A DNA stretch of 61,980 bases, counting the filler. It is 8 parts of 8 records of this genome, joined end to end, with 100 filler letters (N's around TTAATTAATTAA, not from the genome) between each part and the next. Parts side by side here need not be neighbours in the genome. Positions count along the whole stretch, not along the records: positions 28,065 to 33,387 come from SRR31147125_52486; positions 33,488 to 44,622 come from SRR31147125_52550; 6 more parts are not named here. One strand, given 5' to 3'. Under the pieces are notes generated by a model, which did no database searches, had not been told where the DNA came from, and worked only from the letters and a program-made list of their open reading frames with translations. Of the stretch, positions 30,758 through 41,730 are shown piece by piece. The position numbers and the translations under genes were made by a program. The first letter of the stretch is position 1. Each line of letters starts with the position of its first letter.

Positions 30758-32140
30758 ATGAAACAAAAAATAAAGACATCTCGTCGTGACTTTATCAAAA
30801 CCTCACTTGTAGCAGCTGCAGCACCAATGATCGTTCCGGCGCATGTCCTGGGAAAATCCGCACCAAGTAACAAAATTAATATCGGCCAGATCGGTTGCGG
30901 TCGTATTGCACGTTCTCATGATTTAAAAGAAACCATGAAATACGAGGATGCACGTGTCATTGCAGCCTGTGATGTGGATTCAAAACGCGTCCGTGAAGGC
31001 AAGGAACTGATCGAAAAATATTATGCCGACAAGAAAGGCACTTCCACCTATGTGAATGTATCGACCTTTACAGACTATCGTGAAATGTTACAGAATAAAG
31101 AACTTGATGCTGTCATCATCAGTACACCGGATCACTGGCATGCCATGCCAGCCATTGAGGCGGCATTAGCTGGTAAGGATATCTATCTGCAGAAACCGGC
31201 ATCCCTGAGTGTAGCTGAAGGTCGTGTGATGAGCGATATTGTCCACCGTACCGGACGAATACTGCAGATTGGTAGCCAGCAACGCTCCATGCCGCAGTTT
31301 CGTGTTGCCTGTGAACTGGTGCGTAATGGCCGCATCGGCAAGGTACACACCATTAAAATCGGTTTACCCGGAGATCCGGGTGGTGAAGAAGAACCGGAAA
31401 TGCCGGTTCCGGAGAATTTAAATTATGACATGTGGCTCGGCTCAACACCTTATGTGTATTACACGGAAAAACGTGTACACCCACAGGAAGGATATTCACG
31501 ACCAGGATGGCTGCGTTGTGAACAGTTTGGTGCCGGCATGATTACCGGATGGGGAGCTCATCACCTGGATACAGCCAATTGGGGTATGGGAACCGAATAC
31601 ACCGGACCGATTGAAGTGGAAGCAGAAGCACAGTTCCCCACCTCCGGTCTATGGAATGTGCATGGCTCGTTTAATGTGACGGCAAAATTTGCCAACGACG
31701 CCACCATGTATGTGTGCGGCGATTATCCGAACGGTGTACGTTTTGAAGGTGATGAGGGCTGGATATTTGTCACACGCGGTAATTATTCAGTTACAGCCAG
31801 TGATCCGACAACGAATACTGAAAACAGCAAAGCCCTGGATGCCAGTGACCCGAACATTCTCACCTCAAAAATAGGTCCGGATGAAATTCATTTACATGTG
31901 AGTAAAGAACAACACGGCGACTGGTTGAATAGCATAAAAACACGCAAACCACCTATAGCGCCAGCCGAAGTGGGACACCGGGCCTGTACATCTTGCCTCA
32001 TATCGCATATTGCCATGAAGTTGCCGCGTAAACTCTACTGGGATCCGCAAAAAGAGCGCTTTATCAATGACGATGAAGCCAATGCCATGCTTTCACGACC
32101 ACAACGCTGGCCATGGGGTGTGGAACATTTAGGATTGTAA
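30758..32140 (+). CDS. Tat-exported Gfo/Idh/MocA oxidoreductase
   Basis: SRRDFIK twin-arginine signal; IGCG, STPDHWH, KDIYLQKP, QIGSQQRS and GWGAHHLD. Confidence 0.92.
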   Translation: MKQKIKTSRRDFIKTSLVAAAAPMIVPAHVLGKSAPSNKINIGQIGCGRIARSHDLKETMKYEDARVIAACDVDSKRVREGKELIEKYYADKKGTSTYVNVSTFTDYREMLQNKELDAVIISTPDHWHAMPAIEAALAGKDIYLQKPASLSVAEGRVMSDIVHRTGRILQIGSQQRSMPQFRVACELVRNGRIGKVHTIKIGLPGDPGGEEEPEMPVPENLNYDMWLGSTPYVYYTEKRVHPQEGYSRPGWLRCEQFGAGMITGWGAHHLDTANWGMGTEYTGPIEVEAEAQFPTSGLWNVHGSFNVTAKFANDATMYVCGDYPNGVRFEGDEGWIFVTRGNYSVTASDPTTNTENSKALDASDPNILTSKIGPDEIHLHVSKEQHGDWLNSIKTRKPPIAPAEVGHRACTSCLISHIAMKLPRKLYWDPQKERFINDDEANAMLSRPQRWPWGVEHLGL

Positions 32141-32204
32141 TATTTTTTGTTGAAAATCGACTTTTAGGCTTTTCGATATAAAAATAAAACAGGACATACC
32201 GCGC

Positions 32205-32234
32205 GACCCGGGAATCTTTCCCGGGTCTTTTTTT
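32205..32234 (+). terminator. Rho-independent terminator
   Basis: GACCCGGGAA-TCT-TTCCCGGGTC plus T7. Confidence 0.85.
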
Positions 32235-32285
32235 ATAACCAAAATTCCAAAATGACTCCCCCGAAACGAAATCCATAAACGGTTC

Positions 32286-33005
32286 CTATTCCCCTTTTGG
32301 TAAAAAAGATGTATCCATAATATACTTTTTAGGATTGTCCGGATCAACCCGAACCACGATACTGGTCCCATGAATATAGTTTTCCGGATTATAGGAGATG
32401 CATTTGCTTTTAAAAGTCACCACCTCGTTCTGCACCGGATCAAACCACTGGGAATAAATCCGAAAAGGGTGCCGACCGTTAATGGTAACAGATGTGTCCT
32501 GGGAGACGGACTGGAATTCTGTGGATATCATGCGCCCGGACTGTCGCAATCTCTTTTCCAAACGAATAGCTCGTAACACGATATACAGTAATATCCCGCC
32601 AATGAGAGTAAATAGAAAAGCCAGGCTACCTGGTATAATAACTGCCAGCCATACAGAGAAAAAAGAGTTAATTCGGGCGTTGTAGGGATCTTCCGGCATG
32701 TATCGCACGGAAACAACATCACCTTTCCTGTAAGCCGGAGGTTTACTGCCTGTATGTCCCCGAAATTCAATGACCTCCCCCCTGCTTGACGTAAATTGAA
32801 CAATAGGATAATAAACGCCGGAACCAACATGTGAGGAGCCTGAACCTGATGTATTGGTTTTCAGGCTTAGATCAATGACCTCCCCTTTGGTGATCTGCGA
32901 TTGTTTGATAAAAGAGTTGGTGTTTTTATAAATAAGAAAGGTTACAGCAAGCAAAATGATACCAACACAAAAAAAGACAGAGCCGACAATTTTTACTATT
33001 TTCAC
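32286..33005 (-). CDS. DUF3592-like membrane protein
   Basis: TM helix, TKGEVIDL...YYPIVQF...PPAYRKGDVVSVRYMPEDPYNARI, second TM, then NGRHPFRIYSQW...VDPDNPKKYIMD. Confidence 0.75.
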   Translation of the reverse strand: MKIVKIVGSVFFCVGIILLAVTFLIYKNTNSFIKQSQITKGEVIDLSLKTNTSGSGSSHVGSGVYYPIVQFTSSRGEVIEFRGHTGSKPPAYRKGDVVSVRYMPEDPYNARINSFFSVWLAVIIPGSLAFLFTLIGGILLYIVLRAIRLEKRLRQSGRMISTEFQSVSQDTSVTINGRHPFRIYSQWFDPVQNEVVTFKSKCISYNPENYIHGTSIVVRVDPDNPKKYIMDTSFLPKGE

Positions 33006-33387
33006 TCTTTTCCCTTTACGTTTTAGAACTCGTTAAAATCCGTTCATTTAATAAAAGAAACAATTTTAACCTTTAATGTCAAATACATTTACCCTGGAAG
33101 TAATTAAAAGTGATCTCTTAAAAAAATTAAAACCATATGTCAGTCATTCCGTGCACGCTGGGTTCCTAACCCGGGGCGTAGGATGGATCATGGCCTCTGC
33201 CCCAACAGGCTAAAATAAAGCGTTTAATTTGCACCAAAAATAGAAATATTGAATTATGAAATATGGCCATAGAATAAACAGTCACCATGTGGAACAAAAG
33301 TCCCAATTCACCCCTGTTCTGGGAAGGATTCCCGGGACGCACAGCAAGCGGCGATATCGAATGTCGAAAGCACTCTGATCGCCCAGG

Positions 33388-33487
33388 NNNNNNNNNNNNN
33401 NNNNNNNNNNNNNNNNNNNNNNNNNNNNNNNTTAATTAATTAANNNNNNNNNNNNNNNNNNNNNNNNNNNNNNNNNNNNNNNNNNNN
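33388..33487. other. Artificial contig linker
   Basis: N44-TTAATTAATTAA-N44. Confidence 0.98.
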
Positions 33488-34026
33488 AGGTGAATGAAGT
33501 TAGTTTAAGCGGGGAGGCATGGTTTGATATTCATCATAACCCTGAACGCAAATTTGTAGTAAAAACATCGCATTATAACATAAATGTTACCGGAACGCAA
33601 TTTAATGTAAAAGCTTACGATAACGACGATGAAATTGCAACCACGCTGGTAAACGGCAAGGTTACAATAGCTTCAAATGAAAAAGTGGCACTTGCTTATT
33701 CTCCCGAATTGAAACCCAACGAACAATTTTTGTTAAATAAGGAAACTAAAAAAGGCATTTTAAGCGAAGTAAATACAAAACTATTTACAGCATGGAAAGA
33801 CAATAAGTTGATCTTTATTAATATGGATATGGACGAACTTTTTGTGCTCCTGGAACGTAAGTTTGGTGTTGATATTGAAACTTCAAGTCTGGAGATTCAA
33901 GACTTGCATTATACCGGTATAATCAAAAACGAAACCATTTTGGAAATACTTGATTTGATTGCTCTGACCCTTCCACTCAAATATGAAATTAAAGGACAGA
34001 AAATAATAATAACCAAAATAAAGTAA
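33488..34026 (+). CDS. FecR-family anti-sigma factor (5' truncated)
   Basis: VSLSGEAWFDI...VTGTQFNVKAY...TTLVNGKV...TAWKDNKLIF...LERKFGVDI. Confidence 0.92.
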
Positions 34027-34058
34027 AGTGCATATGAGAAAAACCTAACTGTATGATG

Positions 34059-34140
34059 AAAAAAACCGGCGATGCTACAACATCAACCGGCATTTGAGTT
34101 TAATCACGGTGCTACAACACCATAATTAATTACTAAAAAC
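34059..34140 (-). ncRNA. Candidate cis-antisense sRNA in the fecR-susC intergenic region
   Basis: Minus-strand Bacteroidota -7 element TAAATTTG (34144-34151) overlaps the susC ATG. A minus-strand hairpin (34066-34090) is followed by U7 (34059-34065). Confidence 0.55.
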
Positions 34141-34150
34141 ATACAAATTT

Positions 34151-37100
34151 ATGAAATTTTTTATTAACCGCTCCACTCCTCATTTCAGAGTGGCACGTAA
34201 ATTAATGATTATTATGAAACTAACTTGGATATTACTACTTGCAGGGATGCTTCAGGTATCCGCATCGGTATATTCTCAGTCAGTTAAATTCTCTTTCAAC
34301 CTGAAAAACCAAAAGGTTATCGAGGTTTTAAATGAAATTGAAGAAAACAGCGAATTTCGTTTTTTCTATCAGAACGAACATATTGACCTGAATCGTCAGG
34401 TAACTGTAAAAACTCAAGACGCAACTGTAGAAGTAGTTTTATCTGAGATTTTTGATGGAACAAACATTTCTTACAGCATTAAAGAGGAAAGATTAATCCT
34501 TTTAGTCAATGATAATATTGTTGATTCAAAAAAAATAGGTAGCCAACAAAACAAAAAAATTACCGGTAAAGTAACCGACGAAAGTGGCGAACTACTGCCA
34601 GGAGTAACTGTGCTTATTAAAGGCACAACAAACGGTACCGTTACAAATGTAGATGGTAACTATACCATTTCTAATATCCCGGAAGGGGCAACTTTGGTTT
34701 TCTCATTTGTTGGTATGTTAACACAGGAAGTTGAAGTAGGCAGTCAATCCTCAATCAACATTACCATGGAAGCCGATGCAATTGGTATTGAGGAAGTGGT
34801 TGCTATCGGGTATGGAACAGCGAAAAAAGTAAATCTAACAAGTGCTGTTACATCTGTAAATACCGAGATGCTTGAGGATAGGTCGATTACTAAAGTATCA
34901 AGTGCACTGCAGGGGATTACTCCTATGTTTCAATCCGGCAAAGTTCAGGAAGGCCGGGTTACAGTACATTTAGTTTTGATATTCGTGGTTCTTCAATGGG
35001 AACATTTTCAAGCAACGGAGCTCTTGTTTTAGTTGACGGAATTGTCGCAAGTCTCAATGATGTAAATCCCAATGATATCGAAAATATATCTGTATTGAAG
35101 GATGCAGCAGCAGCTGCCATTTATGGTTCAAGGGCAACCGGAGGTGTAGTTTTAATAACTACCAAAAAAGGGAAAAAAGATAAATTAACAGTTAATTACA
35201 CAGGAACTTTTGGTGTAGAACGTAACCTTTTGAGCACATTAAAAAATAAAGTTATAGACACGCAAACCTTATGCGTGCAAACAATGAAGGCCGTATAAAT
35301 GATGGTGCATCTGCAGTATATTCAGATGAGTTAATTGCTCAATATGATGGTAGCGATCCTTTAAAGCCAGCAAGTAGTGAATGGTTTGACTGGTTAAAAG
35401 ATTACACTCCACAAAGTACTCAAAATGTAAGTGTACGGGGTGGGACAGAAAAACTTAATGTTTATGCATCTGTTGGATATGTTACACAGGAAGGCCTTCT
35501 TTACAATGATGATTATAAGAAATGGAATTTTCAGACGAACATAAATTGGAATGTTACAAAAAAATTGGATGTAGGTTTTAGCGTGTTCTATTCCAAAGAA
35601 GATATTACCCGCCCACTTGGAACAGTATCCAGTACTTATTTGCGACCAATAATCAATCCACCAATTGATCCTTTCCAATTTCCAAGTGGTGCATATAATC
35701 CAAGTATTCTTAACGTGCGTGGGATTAATTCCGTTCAGGCTATGAAAGAGGGTGGTAACAGCGAATATGATTACGATAAATATCGAATGTCGGCAGATAT
35801 TAAATATGAAATCACAAAAGATTTATTCCTGAATTACACACTTGCGACGAATAATTCATTCTCGCAAAATAATTCGTTTTATAATTTAATGAACAAGTAT
35901 GATTCTGAAAATAATGTTACGGGAATAACAACTACCAATGGTAAATCTTATTCAACTGCTCAAGAGGGTTGGTCGACCAACCGTTATTTGAGCAACCTTG
36001 TTAAGCTGGACTATTCTAAGAAAATTGGAGAGCATGCTGTTACAGCAATGGCCGGATTTCAAACTGAATCGAACAGAATCGATAATATTTCGGCAAGGGG
36101 GTATTCTTTTATAAATAATGAACTGCGTGAAATAGCGGCATCGATAGGCTCTGGAACCGATTTTTATGGCTCAACAAATGCGTCCGAATGGTCCATCGCT
36201 TCATTTATTGGGCGTGCAACATATTCTTATAAAGACCGTTATCTGTTGGAGTACACAATGCGTTATGACGGATCTTCCCGTTTTTCAAAAGACAATCGTT
36301 GGGCATTTTTCCCTTCTGTTTCTGCTGCCTGGAGAATTACGGAAGAAGATTTTATGGATAATGTTAATTGGGTAAGTAATTTAAAGTTGCGTGCTTCATA
36401 CGGACAATTGGGTAACCAGGGCTCAACGCTTTATCCTTTTGCCACAACAGTATCAACCGGATCTTGGGTTTTTGGAGATGCAACAAGCACAACAACCTCT
36501 GTTGGGACTACACCCGACAGTAACCTTTCCTGGGAAACAAAATCAACAACAAACGTAGGACTTGACTGGGGCATTTTAGATCAGCGTCTTACGGGTTCGT
36601 TTGACTGGTTTTACGACAGAACAGAGAATATAATAGGTCGACCTGTTGTTCCTACTACTTTTGGTGCCAGTGCCCCTGTACAAAATACCTATACGATTGA
36701 TAACCGGGGCTGGGAGTTTGAAACAAGATGGACAGACAAAATTGGCAATGTGAAGTATTATGCAGGCTTTAATATTTCAGATTCGCGTGACGAAATAGTT
36801 AGTATGGGAAGTCTTGGTTCAACCGACCCACGTTACCCCGATGGAAAAATAGTTTTAAGTAAAGGTATATATAATGCAGAAGGCATGCCTAGGAACAGTT
36901 TATATCTTTACGAAACAGACGGCCTGTTTGTTGATCAGGCAGAAATTGATAATTATGTAGCGCCATCGCCAAAGACTAAACCCGGTGATATTAAATTCAT
37001 AGACAGAAATGAAGATGGTGTTATAAATAGCGATGACCGATATTTATCGGATAAAACTACGACTCCTCATTATATTTTTGGTATTAACCTTGGCGCAGAG

Positions 37101-37592
37101 TGGAAGGGCATAGATATTTCAGCAGTCTTCAACGGGGTTGGAGAGCGTTGGGCTTACAGAAATGGAGACGGGCACTACATGACAGGAAACCGCCTGACCT
37201 TTATCATGTTCGAACCTAACTATGAAAATCGTTGGACACCGGAAAATCCAAATAAATGGGCAGATCAACCCCGCCTTTCCAACAACAACTGGATCGGTGG
37301 TGAGTTTAATACATTATTTACATATCCTAGTGAATATCATTTACGCAATATGAAATATATACGTTTGAAGAATTTACAGGTTGGCTATACTCTTCCACAA
37401 AGTCTTACAGAAAAGTTAAATATTGCCAAAGTAAGGATGTATTTTACAGGAGAGAACTTATTTTATTTCGCTCCTGGATATAAAGAAATCCTTGACCCTG
37501 AGGCATATTGGAATACAAGTGATGGAGGAGCAGGTTCAGTATACTATGGACCATCGAAAATAATCAGTGGTGGTATATCTGTTACATTTTAA
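34151..37592 (+). CDS. SusC-family TonB-dependent transducer with N-terminal STN extension (frameshifts near 34925 and 35268)
   Basis: STN-like segment, [70 protein letters not shown] and C-terminal GISVTF; spread over ORFs 34151, 34996 and 35271. Confidence 0.93.
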
Positions 37593-37610
37593 CAATATAA
37601 ATTTATTAAC

Positions 37611-39392
37611 ATGAAAGTAAAATATATTTTAATCATAATAGTATTAATCACAGGGTTTACTTCTTGTGAAGATTTCCTCGATAAAAGTCCCTTGAACAAT
37701 ACAACCACGGATACGTATTTTGCACAAGATCAGGATTTTGGATTGTATACAGATGGATTCTACAGTTCAATGACTGTTCAGCCCTCTCCGGCAATTTGGT
37801 TTGATTACAGAAGCGACTTAGTTGGCCAATGGGCAGAAAAGTCAGGAAACAGAGCTTATCAGGATTTGCATGATGGAACAATGACTGCATCATCAAGTTC
37901 TCCTTCAATATATTGGGATTACGGCTCAATAAGAAGAGCTTATATCCTGTTAGAAAATATTAACAATATCGAACTTAATACAGATAATAAAGACCTTTAC
38001 CTGGGAACGACCTACTATATGTTGGCGTTTCGTTATTTTGTAATGTTCAGGGCTTACGAATCTGTACCTATCGTTAATAGTGTACTCACTATTGACGAAT
38101 CTGATATAGCTTCGTCACCAAAAGAGGATGTTTTTGCTGAAGCATTAAAGTTTGTGAATATGGCAATTGAATCTTTGCCAAGCCTTGGACCTGGAGAACG
38201 CGAAAGAGGACGTTTAACAAAACTGGTTGCTATGGCACTTAAAACTGAGATGCTTTTATATACGGCAGCGTATTACGATGAAGGCATGACCGCAGCTACA
38301 TGGAACGATGCCGCAACTGCCGCAACTGCCGCATTAAATGAGGCAAATAATACTGGTTATGGTTTGTCGAATGATTTTAATAGTTTGTTTATTGCTGATG
38401 AACAAGCCGGTTCTGAACCCCAGAAAGAGATTATTTTTGAGTATGTACGCCTTAAAGATATTGCTACAAGTTCATTCACTTACCGTTATTTTGGACCTCA
38501 TAGAAATGAGATTGGCTGGGGAGATTTCTCATTAACACAAGAATGTGTGGATATGTTTGATTGTACAGACGGAAAGCCTATCGGGAAAAGTGATGTTTAT
38601 GATCCTGAGAAACCATTTGAAAACCGTGATCCCCGTTTTACTTTAACAACGATGTATCCCGGGAAGGTAATGGAATTTGCTGATGGTGAGCAGTGGATTG
38701 CAAATACATTATCGGATTATATTTATGATAATGATGGAAATGCCACTACAGTTCACAACAAGGATTATATGAAGACAATTCATATTTCTATTGATGTCTC
38801 TCCATCTGGTTACATCTCTAATAAATATTGGGATAGATACAACGGACATAACGGTGGACATACAAGTTTCATAAATTATCGTTATGGTGAGCTTTTGCTC
38901 ATGTATGCCGAAGCAATGAACGAAGCGAATGGTCCATCTTCTGACATATATAGCGCTCTTACATCGTTGCGTGCACGTGTTGATTTGCCAGCTGTTACTT
39001 CTTCAGATTATGCAACACAAGCAGAATTGAGAGAATTCATCCGTAAAGAACGTGTTTGTGAATTAATGTGCGAAGGTAAACGTTATTGGGATTTAAAACG
39101 ATGGAAATTGCTTGATGCCAGATTGAATATGTCGCATTATTCGATGCATATTGCAAAAACTTTTGATGCTGAAGGTAATCCGACCTCTTATATGGATGAG
39201 CTTTGGGTAAGGACAAGTTTGAATGATGATTCAAAAGGTGAATATTTCGATATTCCTAATGGTGCAAACGGAGGTGAATTGATGCACACGAGTATTTTTC
39301 CGGGTGGCAAACATTATGTGTGGCCTATTCCTGAAAGTGCTATCAACAGGAGCACAACAGGAGCATTAACACAAAATCCATTATGGAAGTAA
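37611..39392 (+). CDS. SusD/RagB-family lipoprotein
   Basis: Lipobox FTSC-EDFLD; RDPRF, RYGELLLMYAEA, ERVCELMCEGKRYWDLKRW, WPIP and LTQNPLW. Confidence 0.95.
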   Translation: MKVKYILIIIVLITGFTSCEDFLDKSPLNNTTTDTYFAQDQDFGLYTDGFYSSMTVQPSPAIWFDYRSDLVGQWAEKSGNRAYQDLHDGTMTASSSSPSIYWDYGSIRRAYILLENINNIELNTDNKDLYLGTTYYMLAFRYFVMFRAYESVPIVNSVLTIDESDIASSPKEDVFAEALKFVNMAIESLPSLGPGERERGRLTKLVAMALKTEMLLYTAAYYDEGMTAATWNDAATAATAALNEANNTGYGLSNDFNSLFIADEQAGSEPQKEIIFEYVRLKDIATSSFTYRYFGPHRNEIGWGDFSLTQECVDMFDCTDGKPIGKSDVYDPEKPFENRDPRFTLTTMYPGKVMEFADGEQWIANTLSDYIYDNDGNATTVHNKDYMKTIHISIDVSPSGYISNKYWDRYNGHNGGHTSFINYRYGELLLMYAEAMNEANGPSSDIYSALTSLRARVDLPAVTSSDYATQAELREFIRKERVCELMCEGKRYWDLKRWKLLDARLNMSHYSMHIAKTFDAEGNPTSYMDELWVRTSLNDDSKGEYFDIPNGANGGELMHTSIFPGGKHYVWPIPESAINRSTTGALTQNPLWK

Positions 39393-39415
39393 ATTAATAA
39401 TCAATCAATAAATTT

Positions 39416-39459
39416 AATACCCTGTTTGGTTTTTTATTTAAGCTAAACAGGGTATTTTT
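39416..39459 (+). terminator. Rho-independent terminator after susD
   Basis: AATACCCTGTTT (39416-39427) and AAACAGGGTATT (39445-39456), plus a T-run. Confidence 0.7.
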
Positions 39460-39601
39460 ATGTATATCATACAATGTTATTTTGAACACCGTCGGTGGGG
39501 TGGAAAAGTAAAGATAGTAATACGTATTTCCTTTGCCTGTTTTTAATGGAAAACTAATTGTAATAAATAATGCCATAGTTATTCATCTAAGAAGATTTCA
39601 A

Positions 39602-41686
39602 ATGAACCAAAATTTAAAATACCTTTCAATTTTTTTACTGTTGGTTTTCGCACTTATAAGTTGCAACAGTAAAGCCGAATTTACGATAGAAAATAACTCC
39701 TTGTCGAGAACCATCAAAATTATCGACGATAGACTTCATACAGTGGCATTCCGGAACAAGGTTGCAAACAAGGATATAATCCCTCACAACCAATCCGAAT
39801 TTCAAATACGCATATCGGAGGGGACTGATAAAGAAGGAACCGATGTTACCCTTACCGCTGAAGATTTCAAGGTGAAAAAAGTTTTAACAGATACGCCCGA
39901 AAAACTGGCATTCCTGTTAAAAAACAAACAGCACAATTTGGAAGTGGAAGTCTTTTATGAAATTCAACCCGGTAATTTTTACATGAACAAATACCTCAAC
40001 ATCCGTCCGGGCAAAGAAACCACACTTGAAAGAATTGATGTGGAAACAGTTAAGTTGGACGACATTTACCAGCCTTACACAATTAAGCAAATAACCGCAT
40101 ATGGGCCATCTAAGTGGCGTCCGGGACTGGGGCACCCACTTTATACCAAAGAAACCGCTACGTTTTGGGGCACCGAATTCCCGGCATCGTATAATTTTGT
40201 TGAAAACCAAACGGCGTATTGCGGCTATTTGTGGGGAAAGAAAGTAAAAGCAGGTGAAACTTATACCACCTATAAATCGGTTTTTGGTGTTGGCGACAAT
40301 CCTGACTATATCCGGGACGCGTTTTACACTTACATTGATAATATCAGAGTAAGACCGCTACGTTTGCAGGTACAATACAATAGCTGGTTCGACTTTCACA
40401 GTAATGTTACCCGTGAAAAGTTTACTGAGAGCGTTAAAAAAGTCAATAAGGAATTAAATACAGAACGGGGTGTCCCTCCGCTAAAGGCTTTTGTAATTGA
40501 CGATGGCTGGCAGGATGTGAAGGTAGACTGGAGCGACAAAGTTTGGAAAACAAACAACAAATTTGACACGGACTTTTCTACCAGTTTCGATAATGTAAAA
40601 GCCGCCGGGTCAACGCTTGGGCTGTGGTTAAGCCCGGGTTGTAACTTTGGCGCCCGCCCGGCTGTTCCGCTTATGCGCGAAAAAGGCATGGAGGCCTTGG
40701 ATGAATACATGTCGCTGGCAGGCCCAAAATACATGCAGTTACTGGAAGACCGTATGGTGGAGCTTACAGAAATGGGTGTAACTTATTTTAAACTCGACGG
40801 TTTATTCGGGCATCTCAACAGACGTGAGTTTGACATTAACGGTGGCGATTATGGTGTTCCAACCATGCCACAACTCGACACCAAAGGTTTTAAACCGGCC
40901 GATAAACGTTTGAACGCTCCTGAATACGATGAACTAAAAACCTATTATCTGGTTGCAGGAACAGAAAGGTTGATGCAGATTTTTAAAAAACAGCACCAGG
41001 CCAATCCAGAAGTTTATATCGTTATTTCAAACGGCGCTTACCTAAGCCCGTGGTGGTTACAATACATTGATGCCGTTTGGATGATTAACGCGGGAGATGC
41101 AGCCAAAGGTAGCACACGTAATAAAGAACTGGTTTATCGCGATGGGGTGTATTACGATACCTGGGTGAAGGAAAATATGCAATTCCCAATTAACTCAGTT
41201 TTTAATCACGAACCTAAAAAAGTAAAAACCGGAGAAAGCAAAAAACAGTTCAGCGAATACCTGTGGATGAACCTTTCGCGCGGAACCGGTTTTGTAGAAC
41301 TTTATCTTGTAACACAGAACCTGTCGGAAGCCGATTGGGATGTGCTGGCCGATGGTTTAAAGTGGGCACATAAAGTATTCCCTTATTTTAAATTGGCACG
41401 CATGCATGGCGGAAATCCTAAAAAGGGAGAAATTTATGGCTACACCGGTTGGAACGAAAACGGTGGTTATGTTTCTTTCCATAATCCGTCTGAAACAGAA
41501 ATAAAAACCTATTCCTTTAAACTCGACAGGGCTTTCGGGCTTCATAAGAGCCTGGATAAGATGGAAATTTCTTCGCCACTGCCTAATGCAGCTGAATTTT
41601 CAGGTAAGAATGTATTGAAAGGAGAGAAAATAGAAATTACGCTAAAACCCGGAGAAGTAAAGGTGCTTGAGTTTACTGTAGAGTAA
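39602..41686 (+). CDS. GH36/clan-D-like glycoside hydrolase lipoprotein (alpha-N-acetylgalactosaminidase-like)
   Basis: Likely start MNQNLKYL...LISC (lipobox); YNSWFD, VIDDGW, LGLWLSP and YFKLDG. Confidence 0.75.
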   Translation: MNQNLKYLSIFLLLVFALISCNSKAEFTIENNSLSRTIKIIDDRLHTVAFRNKVANKDIIPHNQSEFQIRISEGTDKEGTDVTLTAEDFKVKKVLTDTPEKLAFLLKNKQHNLEVEVFYEIQPGNFYMNKYLNIRPGKETTLERIDVETVKLDDIYQPYTIKQITAYGPSKWRPGLGHPLYTKETATFWGTEFPASYNFVENQTAYCGYLWGKKVKAGETYTTYKSVFGVGDNPDYIRDAFYTYIDNIRVRPLRLQVQYNSWFDFHSNVTREKFTESVKKVNKELNTERGVPPLKAFVIDDGWQDVKVDWSDKVWKTNNKFDTDFSTSFDNVKAAGSTLGLWLSPGCNFGARPAVPLMREKGMEALDEYMSLAGPKYMQLLEDRMVELTEMGVTYFKLDGLFGHLNRREFDINGGDYGVPTMPQLDTKGFKPADKRLNAPEYDELKTYYLVAGTERLMQIFKKQHQANPEVYIVISNGAYLSPWWLQYIDAVWMINAGDAAKGSTRNKELVYRDGVYYDTWVKENMQFPINSVFNHEPKKVKTGESKKQFSEYLWMNLSRGTGFVELYLVTQNLSEADWDVLADGLKWAHKVFPYFKLARMHGGNPKKGEIYGYTGWNENGGYVSFHNPSETEIKTYSFKLDRAFGLHKSLDKMEISSPLPNAAEFSGKNVLKGEKIEITLKPGEVKVLEFTVE

Positions 41687-41730
41687 AAAACAAATCCTTA
41701 GTAGAGTATTGATTTAAATAAAACAATGAA

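Noticed and set aside
33257..33387. Short ORFs at the end of contig 4
   Set aside because: Several frames are open for 30-40 codons with no recognisable product, and the contig is truncated.
38309..38333. 9-bp tandem repeat TGCCGCAAC in susD
   Set aside because: Short and in frame, encoding Ala-Ala-Thr in a helix; nothing suggests phase variation.
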